Shown: piece after piece, positions 44,447 to 59,130 of the stretch
How positions within the stretch are numbered: the first letter of the stretch is position 1
Layout of the letters: every line of letters starts with the position of its first letter
DNA from: the human T2T-CHM13v2.0 reference genome, Homo sapiens
Length of the DNA: 64,000 nt
Strand: one strand, 5' to 3'
Assembly (NCBI RefSeq): GCF_009914755.1
Contig: NC_060930.1
The notes under the pieces: generated by a model
What the model saw: only the letters and a program-made list of their open reading frames with translations
The model's database searches: none
What the model was told of the DNA's origin: nothing
Position numbers and translations under genes: made by a program

Positions 44447-45282
44447 TGCATCCCAGTCATCTGTCATTGGAAAGAAAGCTGAGGTCCAGCTCGTTTTTTG
44501 AGGTTGGGGACAGGATAGTGGTTTTGGCTTTTGGGAAGAATTGTGCAACTACTAAATTCAGAAGGATTAATATAGGAGGTAGAGTTCAACATCACAGAAG
44601 GAAGAGTTTGGATGGGGAATGTGGTTTGTTGGTGTAACACTGTGGGGCAAGTTGTTCCTGAGTCATGGGACAAAGACAGGCTGGTATTTTAAGTTCACTT
44701 TTATGGGTCATGTGTGGGTAGATTTGTGTGGCTTACGTGGCAGGATGGACTGCAGGTTCCATTTCAAATTGTTACTACCTAGATCAGGATAATTAAGTCT
44801 GAGAGGTACCTCTGTATGCTTGACCTCACCCTGGGCTGAGCACGTACGTTTTATCCTTGGTATGGGATATCTGTTTGCAGGATGCTGGAGAAGCTTGTCA
44901 CTTCTCATCTCCACTCCTTGCTGGCCTCTGCTTCCCTTGGGGCCGTGATAGGGAAGAGGTGTGAACATGTGTCTGGTGACCAGTGTTTTGGGTTCCTGCA
45001 ACTGTGAATACCTTTATGGTGCTGCTGTGCCTTTGCAGGTGCCCTGTCTTTGGGTGGAGCTCCGTTTTTGTTTTCCCCAAGACACCTCCTCTCCCGGAGG
45101 GTCTTTTTGTTAACCTCTGGTCCCTTTCTCTAGTGGTCAGGCTTCATCCCCTCGTTGGTCTGCGTTGTTTGGCCAGTACTTACTACTTTCACTGCTTAGA
45201 CATCTGAGCCCGCATTCCTAAACTCTTTCTGGGAGGCACACAGACGTGGATAGACCTGTATGTATTCATCCCTGGCTGCCTC

Positions 45283-45417
45283 TTTTTTTTTTTTTTTTTA
45301 AGAGATGGGGTCTTGCTTTGTTGCCCACATTAGTCTCAAACTCCCAGCCTCAAGTGATCCTCCTGCCTCGGCCTCCCAAATTTCTGGAATTACAGTCATG
45401 AGCCACTGTGCCTGGCC
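45283..45417 (-). mobile_element. Alu monomer (FLAM_C-like)
   Basis: Left arm only, with T tail. Confidence 0.85.
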
Positions 45418-45725
45418 ATTGACTGTCTCTTGATCTTCAAGCCCTTCTTGGCTTATTTTGATTTGGAATTGATTTACACCAGGAGGAGTTCTCCCTCCAC
45501 AATCCTCCAAATGTTGTGGCTTAGTGTCAAACATGTTTTTCTAGCCCAGTCTTATAATTAACCCTTTGATTAGAAATTAGGAGAAAAGAGCAAAATTTAT
45601 GATTATAGATTCATATAGACTGGGCTTGAATCTAAAGTAATACTCTGTCCCTGGGGGAGTCAGTTATCTGAAAGAAGAGCAATTTTGCAGAGTGGCTCTG
45701 TTGATGTTAATAACAGCAAACACTT

Positions 45726-46119
<394 letters not shown>

Positions 46120-46581
46120 TTATTCTCATAGCAAAATCATTAAGATACGTTATTTTATTATCATCCCCATCCTACCGATGAGAACACTGAGGCACAGAAG
46201 ACTATACTTGTCTGGGAGACAAGGCTCCCGGTATGTAATACAGACTCAGTAAATGATGTCTGCTCACCTTAAATAAGTCAATGAAGAGCCATCATAATGT
46301 ACTGATGACAAACAGAGAATAGTATAGTTGTACCTTCAAAATTTTTGGAGTGGCCTGAGAATTCTGGGGTGTGGCAAAGTGATTCCATTTTAACCTTCAG
46401 AGGATTGTGACCTCCAAGGAGCACATATGCATAGGTGCTAATTTGTAAATGAAAACGCATGCTAATAGTTTTCTCAGGTGCTGAGATGCAGCTACATATG
46501 ATTGATTTAAGCCTGTTTTGAGCCACAGAAATCTGCATCCCAGGGAAAGTAGAGAAGTAAATAATTTTTGTTGCGGTGTAC

Positions 46582-46930
46582 TGTGGTATGAATGTGCCCC
46601 CCAAATTTCATGTGTTAGAAACTTGTTCCCCAATGTAGAGGTGTTGGGGTCATGAGGGCTGCACCCTCTTGAGTGGATTAATACCTTTATCGTGGGAGTG
46701 GATTCATACCTTTATCATGGGAGTGGATTCCTTATAGAAGGACAAGATAGGCCCCCTTTTGTCTCTCTTGCCATATGTTGCCTTCTACTCTACTATGTTA
46801 GGTAATGGCATGAAGGCCATCACCATATGCCTGTCCATCAGTCTTTAAAATGGTGAGAAATAAATTTCTGTTCTTTATATGTTACGCAGTGTTAAGCATT
46901 CTGTAATAGAAGCCTCAAATGGACTAAGAG
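46582..46930 (+). mobile_element. MST-family MaLR LTR with internal 25-bp tandem duplication
   Basis: tgaatgtgcccccaaatttcatgtgttagaaactt ... aataaatttctgttctttat ... aaatggactaaga; duplication 46681-46730. Confidence 0.82.
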
Positions 46931-49408
46931 CGCAAGTGTGCTGCAAAAGAAAGATGCGTGAAGTTTGTGGAACACAAGCAGAGTGACTAGGGAAATTGCG
47001 GCAGCTTCAATATGGTCATGTGTGCACTTCATTTTCCCATATCTGGGAGATGTAATAAGAGCGAGAAAAGGAGGAGACCCTTTTAGTATTGTGCTTTTCT
47101 GGGTAAGTCAGTCCTCTTTGACGTCCTAATAGCATGATGTGAGCTGCCAGCTGTGGGTTTCTCAGCCAATCTAATGCAGGGAAACAGGCCTGTACCTGTT
47201 TCTGTGAACATGGTAGCTGGGTGCAGTGCAGTTATAGTAATAACATGATGAGCTTCTTGAGTACTGGGCAGTTTGCCTTGGGAGGGGACAGCAGCTACTT
47301 GAGACCTGCCACTCAGGAAGGGCCAGAGTTTTCGAGATTGTGACTCTTAATAATCCTCGAGTGGGGCCGAGGTTTGACAAGTGAAGGGTTCTTTGTGCTT
47401 CTTAACAGGCTGCTTCTAGAAGGCTTTGTGTGCTTCAGGGCATTCTCTTTACCGATGGACTTCACAAGCTGGCTGAGAGAGAAGGCAGGATTGAATTATA
47501 AACTTTTCTTTACCAAGATGGTGAGCTGGAGGCAAGATGGTTAGTTGATATTCAAAAGGACGCACGTGGATGTTGGGCAGGCTGCACATTGGACAGGCCC
47601 AGCTAGGCAGACTGGAAATGACCAAGAACCCAGGTAGTTTGTAGAATTAAATGAAATAACCTGTCTCCACACTATGTAGGAGGTTACTATGCTTAAGTGT
47701 TGGCTCCCAAATCAGTCTAAGCCAAGATGTGCTCAGAGGCACTGAATCAATATTTGTTGAATGGATGTGGACTGACAGCACTAGCTTCCTTCAGTTATAG
47801 TAGGGAGTGGAAGAGCTCCAAGAGGGTTTCCTGTCTTCACCTTAGTAAATGAAAAACAAACCCCAATCTTGCTTGCTTGCTGTTTTTCCAACCCCCAGAG
47901 GATGAGGTGACTTAAGCCTAATAGATTCTTGGATAATTACAAGGAGGTCAGGAGATTTTACCATTTGAAAGCCATCAGTGCCATTTTATGGTTTTGATCA
48001 AAAGGCTTATTTATAGTATACATTTACATTGTTTAAGTGTATGTGTTTGTTAAAGAATTACATAACTGGCCTGAGTAATGGGGGGTACATCAGCACCTTG
48101 ATATATTTGGAGTAGCACTTTGCAGGAATGTAAAGGAGGGCTGTGTCTGGCAACCCTTTGTGGCTGTGTGCAATTTATTTTTAACCTTGCCATTTATGCT
48201 TATCTTCCTGAAATTGTGTTTTATGAGTTTGAAACCTGGGTCTTCTTTCTTTAACAAGTTCCTGTTCCTGCTAGACTTGGGTCTGTCTCTAGAGAGGTCT
48301 TATTAGATACTCAATTCTTCTGCATAAACCTGCACCACACTCTGTCCTAAGAGTTCAGAGCATGTGAGTTGTAGTGTGATGGAAGGAATCGCAAAGCCTG
48401 GACCTGCCGCAGAATATTTGCATCCTCTGCAGGTTTAGATGTTGGCGAACACTTGTTGGGACTTCATATTCACCCCCATTATTTGCTTCAGGCTCCTGGC
48501 AAACATACTAGCTTCTTCCGCATTTGTTTATTTTCTAGAAAACAAAAAAGGCTGGAACTTCATTTTTATTACTGCAGTGGCCATTTCCTTTTTCTGTTAC
48601 CTCGGAGATCAGATTGCAGGGATATCACTTCCACCCCCCATGTAAATTATGGTCTAGTATGCTTTGTGGTTGCCATGGAAACTGCTGGATACAAGTTTCT
48701 TTCCTTCCTCCTCTAAGCTCTTGCTAGGCTTTTAAACAGTAACATTTTTGTCTCATCCCTTTGCCCTCCTTGCCTTTTCACACCCCCAAAGGACAAGTCT
48801 AAACACCACCCTGATCTTTTTCAGCAGTTTCTGACCCTCCTGGGAACATTTGATCAGTTCCTGAATCTTCCTTAGTGTGAATGTGTAGACACTGGTTCCT
48901 GGCATCTTACGTGAAAGGCACTAGATGCTGGAATTGTGAGGGCTTGGAGTCACCTGGTTTGTGAAGGAGGTGACAGCCATTAATGTCACTTGTGGTTCAC
49001 ATGTGAGTGCTTATATGGGGTTGTTAGACATACCTTTTTTTTTTTTAATGCAGAGTGCTGCTTGATGTTAATACCTCACTTGACTGCCTAGTGCAATTGC
49101 AAGTAGTGCACAGTGCTTTAACTAAGATGAGAATTGAATGTTTCTTCTTACTACTGTCGCCGTATACTTCCTGTTCCCTCACTGCCTCCCTCCTATTTTA
49201 TTGTAAGATGGGAGTCTGGCGGGTGATGAAAGGCAGCAACCAAAGTGACTTGTTTTAGAAGAAAATTGGGTTCATTTCTGCTTTTGGAAATTTTAAGGAG
49301 GGGTTTTTATGGTAAGTGGGTTTTTTTCTACACAATAAGGTAAATATCATGCAAGAATATTTTTTCCTTTAGGCTCAATGGCTTTAATTTGCAATGATAG
49401 AATCTTCT

Positions 49409-49752
49409 TTTTTTGTTAGATATATATTTTTGTTATACTTTAAGTTCTAGGGTACATGTGCACAATGTGCAGGTTTGTTACGTAATGTATACATGTGCCA
49501 TGTTGGTGTGCTGCACCCATTAACTCATCATTTAGCATTAGGTATGTCTCCTAATGCTATCCCTCCACCCTCCCGCCACCCCACAACAGGCCCTGGTGTG
49601 TGATGTTGCCCTTCCTGTGTCCAAGTGTTCTCATTGTTCAATTCCCACTTATGAGTGAGAACATGCCATATTTGGTTTTTTGTCCTTGCGGTAGTTTGCT
49701 GAGAATAATGGTTTCCAGCTTCATCCATGTCCCTACAAAGGACATGAACTCA
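49409..49752 (-). mobile_element. 5'-truncated L1PA (about PA4-PA6) 3' end
   Basis: ttatactttaagttctagggtacatgtgcac...catccatgtccctacaaaggacatgaactca; perfect 19-bp TSD tgcaatgatagaatcttct 49390-49408 / 49753-49771. Confidence 0.95.
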
Positions 49753-49772
49753 TGCAATGATAGAATCTTCTA

Positions 49773-50288
<516 letters not shown>

Positions 50289-50403
50289 TTATCTTTGTAT
50301 CCCCAATGGTGGCAGAGTATCTGCTGTGGAATAACAATTTGCATGTTTTTGAGTGTGTAAACAAATTCTAAGAGTAGCTAAACCAACTATTAGGAAAAGG
50401 AAT

Positions 50404-50716
50404 CTTTTTCTTGTTCTTTTTTTTTTTTGAGGTAGTTGTGGTCTCACTCTGTCACCCAGGCTGGAATGCAATGGTGTCATCATAGGCTAACTACAACCTT
50501 GGATTCCTGGGCTCAAGCAGTCATCTCGCCTCAGCCTCCTGAGTATCTGGGACCACAGGCACATGCCACCATGCCTGGCATACATTTTCATATTTTGTAG
50601 AGGTTGGGTCTCAGTGTGTTGCCTGGGCTGGTTGCGAACTCCTGGTGGCCTCAATTGATCTTTGCACTTCAGCCTCCCAAAGTGCTGAGATTACAGACCT
50701 GAGCCACCGCACTCCA
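50404..50716 (-). mobile_element. AluJ-like
   Basis: Divergent dimer; flanks gaaaaggaa. Confidence 0.88.
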
Positions 50717-53145
50717 CTGAAAAGGAAACATTTCTAAAGGGGTCATCACATTTCAGAGGCAAATACTCCTATTTAGAATTGTTCTGGTCTTTTGCACACT
50801 ATCATCTTGGAGGGGGTGTATGCACACGTGTGTGTGTCTGAAGTAAAAACCCATTGGATTTGTTTTTTTGAAGTGTTAGGAAAGAACCGAGTACACGTTT
50901 TTGGTAGTGATACATACCGTTTTGTCTCCGGCCCTGCGAGAGAGAGAAATGTGTACACACGTTTCTACATTCTTTTCCCTGGGTACAGAAACTCCACATC
51001 TGACCACAGGGAAGCCAAAATGTACCGTGTAAATTTTACTCCTTGGTACATCTGATTAGTAATAAGGAAGTGTGTATTTCTAGCCTCACAGCAGGCTTGT
51101 GAGTCCTCAGACGTCATTATAATATTGCTGAATTGCTAGCAGCCCTCTCTAATTAGTCATGCCAAGAGAAGGCAAAATTCCATCTTCTTGCATGAAGATT
51201 CTCTGGTTCTTCCCTTGGTGCCAACTTAGGGTTAACTCCAGCTTTCTGGACTCTTTCAAATATAAAAACATTTAACCTCTGCATCTATGTCCATGATAAT
51301 AAAATAATGTCTTATAAGGATGCCATTAAATATATCTGACGTTCTTGCTAAGATTTTGTTTTTTCCTTAGGTACAAGATGTACTTTTGCTTCTTTATCTT
51401 CCTGGAGTTTAGTTATCAAGACAATTTCTGTGACATTAAAATACCATGTATGACCACTTTATAGAATATTTCAAGTATGTACAATTGACCTCAATGTTAA
51501 TTCATTTCGTTTACTATATACAAAATATGGGAAGAAGGAAAACATTTAAACAGAAAACAAGAACCATGCTTGATACTGAGTTATTTTCCTGCTGTTTATA
51601 TGTGGTTGCCAATTATATGTTGAAATACATGAGGCCTTTTGAGATGTTGCTTCTCTTATATGAAATACTGTTCTGTTGAGTATATAACAGTATAATAGGC
51701 CAGGTGCTTTATTGAATTAAGTAAATTGTTTTCTAATATGATTTAAAAAGTGCACTAAGCAAGCATTGGGTCGGGTGTAGTGAGATGTCCATCTGTGAAG
51801 GGCTTATTGATAATCTGGTGATGAAATCGCTTTTGTCAGTGCCTACTTACCTGGGGGTTGTGGGACTTGTGGGGCATGCTTTCCAGTCCAAGCCCACTTA
51901 AGCTTCTGCTAACTCTTGGGGGAATGAATGGTCTGTAGGGGCTGCTTTGAGTAACTGCACATGATCCAGACCAGTCTTGGGGTACTTTATTATTCTGTCA
52001 ACTTGGAACTGTGTAGGATGGGATTCTAGCAGTTTCTAAATATATGTTGTTTTCAGAGCCATTCTTTTTCTGGAACATAGTTACAAATTTGTTCAGCCTG
52101 TTACTCAGCCCCCAAGAAATATGTTTGCATTCACTGTGACAGCCTGTAGACTATTGGTACCGTGCAGGGCTGTAATCTGCTTGTTGTTCCGGCAAATACC
52201 ATTGTGTAATGTGGACTGGCACTTGGCCTTTCTGGAGCTTGTAGTTTTTCCCCTTTGTAGGGAGTTGAACTGCCTTTGCCATAATTTCTCTCCTGATTAT
52301 CATTTCTTATGCCTCCTGCAATTCAGCCTAATTGAACTGTGCTGGGATAAATAGAGCCCTTACAGATCATGTGAATGTGAGATCATCCCATTCCCTAAAT
52401 GAGGAATCTATGGCTTAGATAGGACTGGGTGCTGTGAGTCTTCCTGATTAATGTTTTGAAATGATTTAGGAACCCAAATGCACGCTGATGTTTTCCATCA
52501 GCTGCGATCCGTATGTCTCATAAACGATGCCTTCCTGCTGTTTGGGTTTTGGGAATTGTTTGAGGCCAAGGAGAGGAGGGTATGGCTCCTTCAGCTTTAC
52601 CCTTCTGAAGGTCATGAGGAATAATTCTGACAAACACCTTGAAGACAGTGACGGCTTGTGCCTTCTGTGTTGCTGTTACCACTGCCTCCACTACTTTTAG
52701 TGTAAACAAGCTCTTTACATATTATTCACATTTCTTGGTTCAAGCCTCAGAAGACCAGGATATAATTTTAAATTGCAATTAGTTAATTGAAATTAAGTTT
52801 CTAAAGAAAGTGTTGAAGACTCTTATCTTTTTCCCTTTCAATGAAGCAATTTAAGCACTGTAAGAAATTTACAGATGGCAGTTTGGATAATGACCCCATA
52901 GATTTTTTTCCAGAGAGGTTCTGTCTCCAGTGTTGTCCCTTTATTCAGGGACATTGAATCAGAGCTGTGAAGCAGTCTGTTTTGTGGTTTCTGTTGAAAT
53001 CCTCTTAAGCCAAGTCACTAAAGGTATGCCACTGGAAAGGACTCTTATCTCTTGTGAAATAAATCCAGTAGGAAGCCTGTTCTCAGGAATGCCTGGTTAG
53101 GTACACAGGCTCACTGTGCTCAGTAGTGCTCCTGCACTTTTGCTA

Positions 53146-53913
<768 letters not shown>

Positions 53914-54049
53914 GAAGCACAGGTTTTTGAATAAAGTTAGATGTTTGGTTTGTATCTAAGCTGTTAAAAGCTACTTAAAAGTGTCTGAGCCTCTCTGTTT
54001 CCTTGTCTGATAAATGCAACCATTACACCTTACAGCATTGGCTATAACC

Positions 54050-54241
54050 CAGTATTTCTCACATGTAAGCGTGCATCAGAATCATCTGGAGGACTGGTTA
54101 AAACACAGACTGGCTAGGTCCTGCCCTGAGGGTTTTTGATTCAGTTAAGTCTGAGGTGGTGCCTGAGAATTTGCATTTCTAGTATGCTCCCAAGTGATTC
54201 TTTTGTTGCTGGTTGAAGAATCACACTTTGATAAGCACCAC
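54050..54241. mobile_element. MER5A (hAT-Charlie)
   Basis: cagtatttctca...gtgcatcagaatcatctggagg...gcctgagaatttgcatttcta...cacactttgataagcac. Confidence 0.85.
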
Positions 54242-54554
54242 TCCGAGGGCTCTATGTGATTTAAAGCACGTATTATATTATTACCCTTAAATAATAAGCA
54301 CCCATTCTATATATAGTTGCTGGGTAAGTGAACAGTGATTATGTCTGTGGTTAAGAATTTTTAGGGCCAGGTAGCCCCATTTCCTTATAGGGACCTTTTC
54401 CTTTGTGTGTCCCCAAATGTTTCCTTCCTCAGCTTGTTCATCTGCCTTGTGCAGAGAAAGAAAAGTAATAATGTCTTTCCTTCCCTTGCGGTTTATTTGA
54501 AATTATTTATAGTCTAGTTGTTGGCTGCATGCCTCCTCCCCAACCCCCATGTCT

Positions 54555-54556
<2 letters not shown>

Positions 54557-54601
<45 letters not shown>
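54557..54601. repeat. (TG)n microsatellite
   Basis: Direct reading. Confidence 0.97.
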
Positions 54602-54603
<2 letters not shown>

Positions 54604-55067
54604 ATTTCAGTTTAGGCAGTCGCTTAGGTGGCGTGCATCCTACCTAAGGGCATGTCATCCAAGTGAAAGTCTTTTCCTGATGTAAGCAACTTATTAGAGC
54701 AAACAATGTGATTTAATCTTGGATTTCCTTTGTATTAGGCGGTCATATGCTGGCTTTAATTTTATATTCATAAGATGATTCCCAGCTTCCTGTGGGTTGC
54801 AATACATGGTGCTTCCCTTGGCCAGGTCGATGCACCCACTACTGCCCACCCACATCAATTGCATCATACAGGACTGGGGATGTTTTTCTCCATTCTTTTG
54901 GGGATATGGGGGGAAAATTTGACAGTGCTTTCTCCCTGATAGTTCTTTTCTCTTATAATTAGCATTAATGGATGATACTGTGGCTGACAATAATGCAATA
55001 TCCATCATACCCCTGTTTTTTAAATTCTTTTAGGCCCTAAGAGTTTTTCCAGTAGCCCTCACTCTCC

Positions 55068-55070
<3 letters not shown>

Positions 55071-55102
<32 letters not shown>
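55071..55102. repeat. (GT)n microsatellite
   Basis: Direct reading. Confidence 0.97.
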
Positions 55103-55103
<1 letters not shown>

Positions 55104-55989
55104 AGGAGTAGAATAGGGTTGAGAATATGTATGTGCCAGTGTACTTTACTTTCCCTGGTTTCACATGTTTCAGCTTGGCATGAGACAGTTTATACCCAGT
55201 GGGGGAATCTGCCCGTAAAACACAGGTACCTCCGTAAGTCTGTCTCCACCCTTCACTGTGTTCCTAACAGTTTTTTTTTTTATTTTTATTTTTTAAACGA
55301 AGTTTTGTTGTAGATCAGAGAATGAGAGATGACATTAAATAATACTGTAGCTGTCCCTTGATGCACAGAATTCATGCTTCTGTGATGGACAATTCCATAT
55401 ACTCCTCAATCAGTGACTTATCTTTTAAAATGGAATTTGTTGTATTTTTAGCCTGTGGGGTTGTTTAGGGTGGTGGTATCTTTCAGAGAGTGTTGCACAT
55501 AGATAGATTACGAGGAGCCAGTTCCCTAGAGGAGCTGATGGGGAGAGAGATTTTCAGAAAATTCTTAGAAGGGCAAATAGGGTCAGCTGTCATCTTTGTT
55601 TATTTTAACCACTGTGAAATGTGGAAGAGAATGCATTGGTTTTTCATTGTCATGACAACAGAGGCTCTTCACACCCCTGGGCACAACAGGAAATGAACCC
55701 ATTCATTTATCCAAGTGTGAGTCTCAGAATCCCATTATGTGAATTCCATGGAGTGTTAATTCAAGTATTTTGATAGAATGTTATTGTGTATTCTCCAGCA
55801 GTATTTAATAGTTGCCTAATCCTACTCAAGTCACTAAATACCCTTCTTGATCTGCTGTTTCCTCATCTATCAGAAGGAGATAAGATTTTCATCTATAGGA
55901 CAGTGTTTCTCAGCTTTCCGTATCTTGGGCCTTAACCTCTGCTGGAAGAGGACTTTGAAGTTTTGCAGTCTATATAACTCATGAAATTT

Positions 55990-56790
55990 TTGCTTTCTAC
56001 TTCTCAAGTAGGTTTGGGTTTCCTTCAATAGAAAAATGGTTTGTTACTGCCAAGTGAGAGCCTTAATTCTGGCTAGTTTATTTTTGATTTCTAGAAGCTC
56101 TGTTTGGTTCTTTTCAAATGTTAGGTTACACTCAAATGTTAGTTTCAATGTTTGTTCAGTGGTAGTTTCAGTGTTCACTGTTTCAGGTGTTAGTTTCCTG
56201 TTTTTCAAACTTGGCTTTTATTTGTTTTAACATAGTCTGATGATTCAAATTACTGACTGACATTTTCCCAGTTGGACATCTGCTGGGTTTTCCTCATGGT
56301 GCTTTATTTCCCCTGAATGTGAAAAGTTGTTTGAGGGGGAATTCATTGAGGCCTGAGATGAAAAAACTCTTCTTACAGAGGGTTCATGTATGTTTTTGCT
56401 ACATACCTTAGGGTATCATCAGTCCAACATTATTTAAACTAAATTCAGGGCTTGAGAGATGATTTTTATATTCCAAATCCTCGTGAGGGCCGCTTAAGTT
56501 TTACAACTTCTCAGGAAAGATATCCAGCCTTTGGGAATCCTAGCTGAATGTAAGAAAGTTGTCTCCTGTTAGAGCCCCATTTTAGGGCTTGGAGGGTGGT
56601 AGGATGCCACCTTCCTCCCAGTGCCAGTGCTAGGGAAATCAAGTTCAGGTTTGTTTGTGTCAGAAGCACAAAAGTGGGGTCATTTCTCCTTGGGTAGGTC
56701 TGGGTTCTAGCTTTTGTTCTTAGAATTTCCATCAGTAATTTCTTGTTTGTTTATTACCTCATTGATGGCTTTAATGACTTGCTTGAATAT
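55990..56790 (-). mobile_element. Very old L1M fragment
   Basis: tttctagaagctctgtttggttcttttcaaat motif and T-rich composition. Confidence 0.45.
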
Positions 56791-57056
56791 CTTGGCCTGC
56801 TGTATTCCTGGAAATGACTCATGATGCCATGCTTTGCTACATTTTATTTTTTTAATTTTAAATAAATACATTTTACTAATTTGAAATCGAGTAGATTAAT
56901 AGTATAAGCTGTTTGGCACATTGGAGTTTCAGTGCCTTGAGGATGAATTCCAAATTTTTTTTTTTTTTAAACTTTGAACTTCAGGAGTACAGAGCAAACC
57001 AATCCCAAAGCTAGCAGAAAACACAGAAAAGCTTTGCTGCATTTTATGGTTTCTAT

Positions 57057-57831
57057 TGAAATGGGGAAGGTTTTCTTGTCCCCCTCTCAGGGCGTGCGAT
57101 GGAGGAGTGGCTCACTTCTTCAGTGCCCCGCTGCTCATACCTCTAGGGGAGCATACAGACGGGCAGGTTGTAGGGCTGCAACCCCACAGCAGTCTCTAGG
57201 GGTGAATGTTTACAGCTGAAGTCCCAGTGTGCATGTGTTACAGGGTGCTCCTTTAGTTTGCTGTCTATAGGCGGCTTGTGTTAGCTCAATTAGACTCCCT
57301 TCCTTGAGGACAGAGGGATTTCTGTAACCCATGATCCTACCCTTGGTGTATCAGAAGAATCGGATCACACGTGGGCTTGGAGAATGATCGCAAGGTTTTA
57401 TTGCATAGAAGTACCTCTCAGCAGATGGGAGAGCCAGAAGGGAGATGGTTTTCCCCTGGAGGCGGGCTGCACGCTGGTCGATGGCTTACTGGCCTGCCAG
57501 TGCTCTTCTGCGGCCGTGCTCTCCACAACCAGCCGCTTGTGTCGTCTTCCGCTGATGTGTTCCTCAGGACGTCCAGCAGCTTGTGTCTATGTCTTGCTAG
57601 GGTCTTGGGTTTTTATAGGTTTTCATAGGCCCAGGATGGGGGCGTGGCAGATCAGGGTGGTCTTGGAAAATGCAACATTTGGGCAAGAAGGCAGAAGTGC
57701 CTTCCTCACTTAGGTCTTGGGAGTAGAGCCCTAGCCAGGGGCCACGCCCTTCCTCTACCCAGCTTTTCCCTCCCCACCTTCCCTATCATTTAAAGGGACC
57801 ATGCTCTTCTATTCCCAGCACTCCTGTATCA
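57057..57831 (-). mobile_element. ERV1 solo LTR (LTR1/LTR27/LTR28/MER52 group)
   Basis: TG...CA termini; the minus strand reads TGATACAGGAGTGCTGGGAA...AATGTTGCATTTTCCAAGACCACCCTG...CCTATAAAAACCC; CpG-richer than the flanks. Confidence 0.82.
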
Positions 57832-58689
57832 CTTGTTGCCTACCACCTGCGATGCCCTGTTTGAGAAGCATGATTAGAAAAATCCCAGCAATCTTTTCTG
57901 TTTCTAGTGGTGTGGACTCCTGCTTGGAAGGCTTTTCTTGTGATTTTTTTTTTCCCCCATAATGTTTATATTCTGTGTTTTCCTATTCAGTTATAATGAG
58001 TTCAGTTCAGGGGAGAATGAGGTTCAAGTGGACTGTGCTTCCCTGAGAGAGCAATTGAGTGCTCTCCTGGTCACATAGGTCTTGCACTTCTGGAGCTCTA
58101 AATGGAACCCTCCCAGCATATCCAGGTCCTTCTTAGAGCCCGACTGCAGGCCACCCTGTCCTTCAGCCGTGTGATTTTACGGTTTTACTGTTCAGCTTCA
58201 GCATAGATTCTACCTGGAAGCACAGGGGTGTGTGGTCATCTTTTCTTCCTGGAAAGGTCCCTTTTGGTGAATGATTGAGTTCCCAAGCCAATTTCTGTCC
58301 CAGAGGGAGGTTGTTTCAGGGACTGGTTGGGAATGGCAGTCTCCACTGACTCCATGGTGTAGTCTAGGTCATACTTTATGTTGTGAGGCTGTGACTGGAT
58401 TATGTCGCACTTCATGAAACCTAAGGCTTCCTGTTCAGACCTGAAAGGCAGAAACTGTGTCTCCTTCATTATCCATTCCCTAAGGTCTGTCCCCTTTTAT
58501 GTCCAGCTGAATCACACCATGAACCCTTGGCCTCAGCTCCTTATGCACTGTCCTTTACGCTTACATTGTGGAAGTCCTCCCTTAACCTAGTTAGTTACTA
58601 GGGTTGTCTATCTGCAGTGCTAGTTTGTGTAACATTCTCTGCTTTTAAAGTTGTATGACATAAAAAAATAGAAGAAACGTATTTTAAAA

Positions 58690-59130
58690 AGAGGAACTTT
58701 TTCTCTACCCTCTTAAGTTCAGTTTTGGGGAGCCTGCTAATTAAATGGATGAAAGACAGATTAGCAACAGGGAAAAAAAAAACAGATTTAGTTGAGTTCA
58801 CAAAGAAATGTGACTCTAAGAGGAGGTTAGAATTTACCATCCTAGAATCGCTTGAACCCGGGAGGCGGAGGTTGCAGTGAGCTGAGATCACGCCACTGGA
58901 CTCCAGCCTGGCAACAGAGTGAGACTCTGTCTCAAAAAAAAAAAGAAAGAATTTACCATCCTAATGGGATGTGGGGGGCAAAAGGGCGATTCTGGGAGGA
59001 CAAATAAATTCTTAGAAGAGGGTGGAGAAAGGCCACTTAAGAAGAACAAGTGAATTTTTGGAAAGGTAAGTGGGCCCTTAGCAGAATAGATAGAAGATAG
59101 AATATTTTTGTCAGTGTCTGTTAGTATTGT
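58690..59130. mobile_element. Old ERV LTR-like fragment (MER89/MER90-like)
   Basis: ctctaccctcttaagttcag...aaagacagattagcaacagggaaaa motif. Confidence 0.4.
58845..58947 (+). mobile_element. 5'-truncated Alu (last ~100 nt)
   Basis: Perfect 16-bp TSD agaatttaccatccta 58829-58844 / 58948-58963. Confidence 0.93.

Noticed and set aside
51844-51854. TACTTACCTGG matching the U1 snRNA 5' end
   Set aside because: Only 11 nt match and the rest of U1 is absent; not a U1 pseudogene.
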